Origin: Octopus sinensis
Taxonomy: Eukaryota
Direction: 5' to 3'
DNA: 64,000 bases
Assembly: GCF_006345805.1 (NCBI RefSeq)
Contig: NC_043016.1
Span: 5,828,001-5,892,000 of the forward strand
A model generated the notes under the pieces. The model was not told the DNA's origin. It did not search any database and saw only the letters and a program-made list of their open reading frames with translations. Both the position numbers and the translations under genes were made by a program. Below, piece by piece: positions 54,457 to 64,000 of the stretch (positions are counted from its first letter, which is position 1; each line of letters starts with the position of its first letter).

Positions 54457-55330
54457 TCATTTTATTTTTATCCAATTATAACGGTTTTCAATTTTTGGCA
54501 CAAGGCCAACAATCTTTAGTAGGAGGGAGTTAGTTGATTATATCAACCCCCAGTTAAGGAGGAGAGAAAACATCAACCTCGATGAGACTGGAATTTAGCA
54601 AGTAAAGAGTGGAAAGAAATGCTGCTAAGCATTTTGTGCAATGTGCTAACAATTCTCCCAGCTCACAAACTTAATGATAATAATAATAATAATAATAATA
54701 ATCTTTTCTACTATAGGATAAGGCCTGAAATTTGGGGGAGAAGGATAGTCGATTTTTTGATGTTGTTGTTCACTGCCTGGAACTGAACCCGGGCATATGG
54801 TTTAGTGGTTAATTCGCGGGTTACTAACCTCAAGATTCCGAGTTTGATTCCAGGCAGTGATCTTAATAATAATAATAATTATTATTATTATTTCTACTTA
54901 TAGCTACAATGTGTTGAACTGGACATAAAATATGCAAGCTGCTGAGTTATAATAAGATGTACCACATAAAGACAGGTGTGGATCATCTTTACCTTCCCAG
55001 AGCCCATGGAATTCAAGGCTCAATCTAATTTGAACTCTCTTACAAAAACTACCACAACTGGACCTGGTGGTGTTTCCACAAATAAGGAAGTCTTTCTAGT
55101 CATAGCTTTTTTTTTTTTATCTCAAACTTCCAGGCTTTGGAACTCTCTTCTATTTCATTGTTTTCCCCACTTCTTTCAACCCAAATTCTTTCAAGACTAA
55201 AAGTAAATTCATTCCTTTTATCTTAATTTCTTCTTCATAGTCCTTTTACAGTATGTAGCATTTTGCCATGTTTGGGACTTGCAAAAAAAAAAAAAATAAA
55301 GAAAAATAAAGAAAAAATAAAATAGCTTAC

Positions 55331-55474
55331 CAGAGAATTCTTGTTCAAAATCTCGCTCTTCCATTAGTAGTTCTTCATCAGTATAGTCTGGAGGTTGCTG
55401 CTGGCCCCTCTTGGCATTTGCCAAATGTGCATGGAAAGCCTCCCACGCCTGATTAATTGCATCTTCTGTTGCAC
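55331..55474 (-). CDS. NBEA: Neurobeachin/LRBA internal exon, linker before PH domain
   Basis: ttttgtttag acceptor and G|gtaagc donor; 144 nt, phase 1 to 1. Translates (G)ATEDAINQAWEAFHAHLANAKRGQQQPPDYTDEELLMEERDFEQEFS, resembling the rugose linker (A.EDAI.Q..E.FH..A...D.ELL.E.R). Joins both neighbours in frame. Confidence 0.9.
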
Positions 55475-57929
55475 CTAAACAAAAGGAAGTAGAAAATTAA
55501 TTAGTTCTAACATCATTAAAACAACAAAAATTAATTACAATTATCACCATGTCTCAATCAACATAACTCAATCAACCTTCAACACTGGTCGATAGGGATA
55601 AACATCCCTCTGTTAAACATCCATTAATGTTATATTACCTGAAGAAATGGATGCATGAAGATGATCAACCTGATGCCTATGGATACTACGGGCTATACTA
55701 TAATCATCCCAGGAATAAGGACTGTGATCTTAAAAAATCGAAATCGAAATCGAAATCGATCAACATCAATGGAAATTGTAGCTGTGATACCAGTGCCGGT
55801 GGCACATAAGAGAACCATCCAAACGTGGTCGTTGCCAGCGCCGCCCCGACTGGCTTCCGTGCCAGTGGCACACAATAGAACCATCCGAACGTGGCAGTAG
55901 CCGGTGCCGCCCTGACTAGCCTCCATGCCAGTGGCACGTAAAAAGCACCATCCAATCGTGACCGTTTGCCAGCCTCGTCCGGCACCTGTGCCGGTGGCAC
56001 GTAAAAAACAACCACTACACTCACGGAGTGGTTGGCGTTAGGAAGGGCATCCAGCCGCAGAAACATTGCCAGATCACACTGGGCCTGGTGCAGCAATCTG
56101 GCTTCCCAGACCCCAGTTGAACCGTCCAACCCATGCTAGCATGGAAAGCAGACACTAAACGATGATGAACTTAAGAGACAAGCGATTGGTGGAAACACGT
56201 GTAGCGATGCATTTAAATGTTTATAAATACCATTCAAGGATTATCATTATTATTACTATATATATGTATGTATATAAGAGCATGTGGAGATGTTTGTGTG
56301 GGTGAATTCCTATTTTCCCTTATTTCAACATGTGTTTGCTGAATGTCCAAGCTGTTTGTTGTTTGAGAAACAGGTAATAAGTTGGTTTAGAAACAGGTAA
56401 TGGTTTGTATGAAAAAGGGGGCATCTAGTTGTAGAAAGCTTTGTGCTAACATATTTTCATCTGATCCATAACAAGCATGGAAATTCAAATGCTAAAGCAA
56501 AGATGATACAACACACACACACACATTAATAATGTGAAGATGCTTGTGCATATCATCATCATTATCAACATCATTTTATGTTCACTTTCCTTGCTAGCAT
56601 GGCTTAAATGGTTTGTCATAGAGCATTCTTCGTTGCAGTTACTTCCCCACTAGATGGGTCTTAAATACTTGCAACTAAGTCATTTAAGGTCCATTTTTGG
56701 ATGTAGTTTCTATGGTTTCGATGCCTTCCTAAGACCAGTTACACAATCCAGAAGTTAAATCACCATGGTTGACCACCTTTTCAATTAAAACTTGCAGAAA
56801 TGAAGCAGCAACAAAAAACAAGAACAAAAATATTACAAAAAAGGCACAAGTTTGGCTGCATGATCTAAGAAGCTTGCTTGGCAACTGCATAGTTTCAGAT
56901 TCAGTCTTACTACAAGGCACCTTAAGTAGGTGCATTCGACTATAACCCTGAACTAACCAGTACCTTGTGAGTAAGAGCACTCATGTGAAGGCAAATAGCT
57001 TAGTGATTAGGGTATTTGGTTCACAATTGTAAAATCATGCGTTTGATTCCCAGAAGTGTATTTTGTCCTTGAGCAAGACACTCTATTTCACATTGCACCA
57101 GTCTACACAACTGGAAAAAAAAGTACCTGTATTTCGAAGGGACAGCCTTGTCACATTCTGTGTCAGGCTGAATCTCTCTAAGATTTACATTTACAGTACA
57201 TGTGTCTGTGGAGTGCTCAGCCACTTGCACATTAATTTCACAAGTAGGCTGTTCCATTGATTGGATCAACTGGGACCTTCATCATCGTACCTCATACAGT
57301 GCCAGTGATTTGTGAGTGAATTTGGAAGATGGAAACTGTGCAGAAGCCATCATATATATTTTACTTAACCAGCTCCATACATTTCAAAGGAGAGATAAAA
57401 CAAAATCAATTTCTCTTGCCATAAAAATCTGGGAATGAAAAGAAAATAATACGTAGTTATATTTAACATGAAACATGCTAAGTTTTATCTAAGCAATAAA
57501 TATGATTGCAATCTCTGTTGTATAGAATTGTTTGAAATCTTGAAGTGCTAGAGTAACATTATTCATAAATAAATTGAATTGAGAATTAAATGCCTACCTC
57601 TATCCAAACGTTTCTACGTTTTAAACCCACTCTACAAAGGATTCTTGGCATGTTAGGAACATACTTGCTCTAACTATAAGTTATATACCATAAAACCTTA
57701 CTGTTATCATTAATTTTAAATCATAGTTTAAACAGTTTGGGACTATAATTATTTATTGTTCAAACTATATCAAATACAAAGGTAAAATTAAATTTTAAAA
57801 TATAATCAGAATAGTTTCAAACTTTAAACAAAACCCTTTTTGTATTTGTATAATTTCCCAAATAACAGTATAAAACATTTTAATCTTTACACCACTCTAC
57901 CTAATTTAGACATTACTATTTGGATTAGG

Positions 57930-59635
57930 GGATATAGCATCACATGATGTGGAAGGCAACTGGAGGTTTCTCGGGACAACCTGCTGAGGGCCAATGACTA
58001 GATCTGTGGATGGTGCAAAGTCTCCTCTCGACACAAGGTAATGTGGTGGTGGAACAGTGTTGTTGATAGGGCTATCAGAGAAAAGAAACAGGCTTGGAAG
58101 GACTGGAAGAACGGTGGTAGCAGGGAATTGTATCAGACTGCCAAAAGGGAAGCTAGGAGACAGGTTTATTTAGCCAGAGGGGAAGCAGATAAGAAAAAAT
58201 TTGCATGTTCTGCGCCATGAGGACTAAAGATGTGAGGTATTTTGTGTTGCAAGACAGTGTGTGAGAGAGAATCATGATGTCATAGGAGAGAAATGTGTCC
58301 ACATGGATGATGGCTCACTTGCACTAGATGAGGCTGCAAAGAGAGAGGTGTGGAGACGCCACTAAGAAAGGTTGCTCAATACAGAGAATGAATGGGAGAA
58401 AGAAAGTCTGCCAAATGCCAACCCAACAGAGGGACCAGCTATCCAAATTGACAGTACTTTGGTAGATAAAGCAATTAAGAGTATGAAGACAGGGAAAGCC
58501 CCCGCCCCATCAGGAATCACCGCAGAGTTGCTCGAAATATCTGGCGGTGTCAGCTATAGCCTAGTCACCTATATATTTAAGCAGGTAATACACGAAGGAG
58601 TCAGACCCAATGACTTGTGTAGCAGCACCATAGTCAACTGCTACAAAGGTAAAGGTGATGCTTTAGATACAAATAATTACAGAGGTATCAAGTTGTTGGA
58701 TCAGGTAATGAAGGTCACGGAGAGGGTCATAGCCCAACTAATTAGGGAGAGAGTCAGTTTAGATGAGATGCAGTTTGGGTTCGTGCCAGGGAAAAGCACC
58801 ACTGATGCTATATTTCTGGTAAGACAACTGCAGAAGAAATACCTAGCCAAAGATAGACCTCTGTACCTGGCTTTCGTTGACATGGAGAAAGCCTTTGACA
58901 GGGTCCCTGATCCCTTAACTGGTGGTCAATGAGGAAACTAGGGATAGATGAATGGTTAGTGAAAGCTGTGCAAGCCATGTACAGAAATGCTGTCAGTAAG
59001 GTGAGGGTTGGCAACGAGTACAGTGAAGAATTCCGGGTAGAGGTAGGGAAGATAATTTTTGTATGTAGCAGATGATCAGGAGCAATAAACACTGAAAATG
59101 TGCAGAGAACAACTTCTGTCACATTCCTGGGAGAAAAACTAGTTGTTGATAGCTTTCGTTACCTAGGTGACCAAGTCAGTAGTGGGGGAGGGTGCTCTGA
59201 AGGTGTAGCTGTTACAATAAGAATAGCCTGGGCAAAGTTCAGAGAGCTCTTACCTCTGCTGGTGACAAAGGGTCTCTCGCTCAGAGTAAAAGGTAGACTG
59301 TATAATGCATGTGTACGAACAGCCATGTTACATGGCAGTGAAACATGGGCCGTAACTGCTGAGGACATGTGTAAGCTGACAAGGAATGAAGCCAGTATGC
59401 TCCGATGGATGTGTAATGTCAGTGTGCATACTCGACAGAGTGTAACTTGAGAGAAAAGTTGGACCTAAGTAGCATCAGATGCGGTGTGCAAGAGAGACGA
59501 TTGCACTGGTATGGTCATATGGTGGGAATGGATAAGGATAGCTGTGTGCAAAGGTATCACACCCTAGTGGTTGAAGGAACATGTGGAAGAGGTAGACCCA
59601 GGAAGACCTGGGATGAGGTGGTGAAGCATGCCCTT
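57930..59635 (+). mobile_element. RTE LINE fragment, same family as 11985-13345, internally deleted
   Basis: MWWWN, KAPAPSGI, YRGIKLL, MQFGFVPGKSTTDAIF, LAFVDMEKAFDRV, LHGSETW and LHWYGHMV. Confidence 0.88.
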
Positions 59636-60538
59636 TTTTTCACATTCTTTTGTTCTTTGTTCTGATCCTGTTAGGTTCCCCTACTATTTACACACACAAC
59701 TTGACACTCCTCCTTTCTGCTGTCAATTTCTAGGGTAGCTAAATTGAATTCCCTGATTTCAATTAGCTCACTTCCACTTTTAAACTAGTGGTGTTCGTTA
59801 TTTGATTTTCAAATGCTGCTATACTCTTCAACAAAGTGGCATATCAACGTTTATCGGTCTACACTATAGTATAACCTAAAGCTTTGGGAGCTTAAATGTA
59901 ACAAATTACATAACCTTATAGATATTGCATGTCTATACATACCTGCCTATATGATGATGTTAACAAAACATTTGTAGATATACCACATAATCCATTCATC
60001 TGTCTTTTTATTATGACTTCAAGCTAGGTTTAAAGCTCCACTCAATTTCGAATATGCTTGGATTTGCAGATTATGAAACAACCCAATGAACTTTCCTTTG
60101 ATGTTGAACACTAATGGAAAGGATAATCAGCTGATTTGTGTCATATTGTCTAGTTATCAAGTGTGGTGTGCTCCACTTTGATATACCTCAGTATTTAAAT
60201 AAATCCCCTTCCATCAGGCACGGTTTTGTGGTTAAGTGTCTACCACTTTGGCCCTGGACTAACCAAATACCTTGTATGTGGAATTAGTAGACAGAAACAA
60301 TGTAGAAGCTTGAAGTATATGCATGTGTGGGTGTGGGGAGTGTGCCACCACCATCATCTGACAACTGATGTGTTTCTTTACATCCCCGTAACTTAGTGGT
60401 TCAACAATAGTGACTGATAGAATAAGTGCTAGACTTAAAAATATGCAGTTAATTTGTTTTCCCCAGCATGGCTGCAGTTCAATGACTGAAACAAATAAAA
60501 AGATAAAAATGATGAGAATTTTTCTCTTTGTTACATAC

Positions 60539-60660
60539 CATGTTCAATAGCAGCTTTTAATGTAGCTTCTGGGTGCGTAGAACCATAAGGATTCTTAACA
60601 AATCTGCGTCTCCTGCGGAAATCGTCTTCCCAGAGATCCAGTTTCCAAAATTCACTTCTG
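60539..60660 (-). CDS. NBEA: Neurobeachin/LRBA internal exon
   Basis: tattgcag acceptor and G|gtatgt donor; 122 nt. Translates [40 protein letters not shown], the hallmark NBEA/LRBA motif FWRLDYWEDDLRRRRRFVRN..GSTH.EA.LK.A.E. Confidence 0.97.
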
Positions 60661-62660
60661 CTGCAATAAAATACAAAATAACAGGATTTAGATGCCAAGA
60701 TAATTAATAAAGACAATATTCAACAACACCCCACGATCATTCTAATAATCTCTAAAATGTGAATAGCAATGAAACAAGAAACTTATAATGCTCTGGCCCC
60801 TTTCTCTCATATTTAAGTTGCTCATCATGTAATATAAAGATGCCTTCCTCTCAAATGTGACCCCAATCAGTCAAAAAGTATCTTAGTCTTACATGCTGCC
60901 TTGTGACCTTACTAGTGCTAGTTCACAATAAAGTCATCCCGTATTGTCTGTAAGTGGTTTGGCATTTGGAAGCACATCTAGCCATAGAAACCATATTAAA
61001 GTTGACAGTGAACCATAATGTAGACTTGGATCCTGTAAAACCATCCAGCCCTAAACCTAACCACATGACAGAATACTGTCAAGCTCCCAAACCTAAAATA
61101 TGAGTAGGCACAGAGATTATTTATAGCAAAAAACCTGTTCTGCTCTAGCCTCTTCTCTCATACATTTACCCCCCATTTCCTAGCATAAATTGCCTCCCTT
61201 ATGCTTCATAGTCTTTCAAACTGCATAGTGATCTCACTAGTGCTGGTGACATAAAAAAAGTAGCCAAGACAAGCAACGAAATTATCAACATTATTAACAC
61301 GTCATCCAGCAACAGAAACCATGCCAAAGTGGGCAGTGGAGTACAATGCAGCCATCGGACCTGTCAGATCCTGTCAGAACCAATCACCTCATGCCCGCAC
61401 GAAACACTGGACATTATATATGCTGATGATGAGTATCGGGTTACACCTTCACAGTCATGGTTGAGTAGATGTAACTAAGAAGTCAGCTTCCGAACCACAT
61501 GATTTCTGGTTCGGTCCAACTCCATGGATCCTAAAGCAAGTGTCTTCTACTCAAGATTTGGGCCAACCAAAGCCTTGTGTGTGGATTTGGTAGATGGGTA
61601 ACTGAAAGAAGCTTGTCATATAAGCACATAGATGCACTCATGGGTGTGTCATCATCATCATTGTTTAATGTCCATTTTCCATCTTGGTATGAGTTGAACA
61701 GTTTGAGAGGAGCTGCTCAGGCTCCAAACCTATATTGGCATGGTTTACTACGGTTGTATACCATTCTGTATGCCAACCACTTTACAGTGTATATTAGTTA
61801 CTTTTACACAGCACCAGCACAGGTGCTTTTTATATGGCACTGGCACCCAAGTGCGTTTGCATGTGTCTGTGTCCACTTGTCTTGGCATCATGTGTGATTA
61901 GGACACAAATGCATGCAAAAGTCATACAAGCAGTGTCGCTTATTTCCAGCATTCTGTGAGAACATGTCTGGCCATGGGACTTTCTATTATTTTGCTTGGA
62001 AACAACTGAGGGTTGGTGTCAAGAAGAACATCCAACCATAAAAAAAGTCTGCCTCAATAAACTGTCCATCCCATGCAAACACAGAAGACTGGATATCATA
62101 ATGACAAAGATACTGATAATTAACTATTAGATAATTACAAGTAGACTGGTAAGGTGTCTATCGCAGGTCGTATAACCCAAGGGAGGTCACTATTCATACA
62201 ATAGGAAGCGTTATATTGAATCCATGTGATTAATTTTATCTCAGATATCTGATTTAAGTAAAATCTCTCTCATATGTGGTCCACTTAACGTTCTCAGCTA
62301 CAAGGGAGATAATCATTTCGTTGTCATTCAAAACAATTAAAACTTTGAAAGGCGTTGATGCAAAGAATTCACATTTTTTTAAAACATTTTTTTGTTGTTT
62401 TTGTCTTTTGGGTACAGATATCGTTGTGTGGTTAAGACACTTATCTGGCAACTATATGTTTTGGGGTTCAGTCCCACTCTGCAGTACCTTGATCAAGTGT
62501 CCTCTACTAAACCCCTGGGCAGATCAATGCTTTGTTAGTCAATATGAGAGACTGACACTATGTGGAACCTGTCACATATAAGATGGATTTCTTTCAATTT
62601 TCCATCAATTAAATCCATTCACAATGATTTGGTCAGTCTGGGGTGGAAAGCAAGGTGATA

Positions 62661-62865
62661 TACTCTTTTACTTATTCAGTCATTTGACTGTGGCCATGCT
62701 GGAGCACCGCCTTTAGTCGAGCAACTCGACCCCGGGACTTATTCTTTGTAAGCCTAGTACTTATTCTATCGGTCTCTTTGCCGAACTGCTAAGTGACGGG
62801 GACATAAACACACCAGCATCGGTTGTCAAGCAATGCTAGGGGGACAAACACAGACACACAAACAT

Positions 62866-62947
<82 letters not shown>

Positions 62948-63100
62948 TACGACAGGCTTCTTTCAGTTTCTGTCTACCAAATCCACTCACAAGGCTTTGG
63001 TTAGCCCGAGGCTATAGTAGAGACACTTGCCCAAGGTGACACACAGTGGGACTGAACCCGGAACCATGTGGTTGGTAAGTAAGCTACTTACCACACAGCC
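62661..63100 (-). mobile_element. SINE family A copy in an NBEA intron
   Basis: Near-identical to 17221-17616. Confidence 0.85.
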
Positions 63101-63820
63101 ATATATATATATATTTATCAACAGGATATTCAGAGGTAATGCAGTATGACCGTTTCAAGCTCTATTTAATTGAACAATGCAATCATTACCAGCACTAGTG
63201 ACGCTGTCATACAGCTTGCAAGACTACAAAGCCTGAGGAGTGGTTTTGCACCAGGATATAAGTGATAATAGCATGTGAGAAAGGACCAGTGCAGTACAGG
63301 ATTTTTGCTGAAGAGGTCTGACATGCATTTTAGAAAAGAAGGTGGAAGTGGCTGGAAAGAGACAAAAATAGTGATGAGGTCACATGTAAAAGCACCCATG
63401 CCGGTGACACGTAAAAGGCACCTATACCAGTGACACATAAAAGACACCTGTGCTAGTGACACATAAAAGACCCCTGTGCTAGTGACACAAAGCCCATCCA
63501 TGCCAGTGACACATAAAAGACACCTGTGCTGGTGACACATAAAAGACACCTGTGCCGGTGACACATAAAAGACACCAACTACACTCTTGGAGTGGTTGGC
63601 ATTAGGAAGGGCATCCAGTCATAGAGACCAGAGAATATCAGAATGGAGCTCTCTATCTTACCACTTCCAGTCAAACCCATACCTGGAAAATGGACACTAA
63701 GTGAAGATGAGGTTTCTGGATGTATTCTTAGGGAACAAGTTGAGCGGAGGGGTTAAGTGGCTAGTCACATTTTAGAAGCTGTTGTTTTTCTTCAATAAGG
63801 CCCTGAATATAACCACTTAC

Positions 63821-63987
63821 CTATTACTTACAGTACCCCAGGCACCATGTTTGTTGGTTAATATGTTAACAATCTTCTCTCGCAGTACATTAGCAATGGA
63901 ATGGTCCCGTCTTTTTGCTGAGGTTATAAGATGGTCACATAGCTTCTCTTCCTCTTTGCGTTCAACTACAGTTTGGGCACAAAGCGA
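63821..63987 (-). CDS. NBEA: Neurobeachin/LRBA (rugose) internal exon, DUF1088 region
   Basis: ttctctatttcag acceptor and AG|gtaagt donor; 167 nt. Translates [55 protein letters not shown], matching the remembered NBEA segment REEEKMCDHLISAAKHRDH...[14 protein letters not shown]. Phase 2 fits the next exon. Confidence 0.95.
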
Positions 63988-64000
63988 CTGAAATAGAGAA

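Overview
Eukaryotic, repeat-dense animal DNA, most likely an octopus (inferred from the extreme microsatellite load, the tRNA-derived SINE families and the lophotrochozoan-type gene). No prokaryotic features and no CRISPR. One clear host gene: four phase-compatible minus-strand exons (63987 to 53824) of neurobeachin/LRBA (NBEA, rugose), covering the end of DUF1088 and the start of the PH-BEACH region. I found no further NBEA exon in the remaining ~53 kb. That stretch is a mosaic of RTE, CR1/L2-like, R4/Dong-like and Penelope-like retroelements, mariner/Tc1 elements, Helitrons, a GG-ended MITE family with 8-bp TSDs, SINEs and microsatellites. The most interesting items are: (1) an intronless 222-aa ORF (21339-22007, +) with a long coiled coil, a divergent EB1-type EBH motif and a C-terminal CaaX box, but no CH domain; (2) a ~290-bp near-perfect palindrome carrying two opposed minimal hammerhead ribozyme motifs (33300-33591); (3) a near-full-length RTE with a twin-priming-type 5' inversion; (4) a CpG-decay boundary near 52-53 kb that coincides with the last visible NBEA exon. 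All family assignments come from remembered motifs, not database searches. TE boundaries are approximate unless TSDs or TIRs are quoted.
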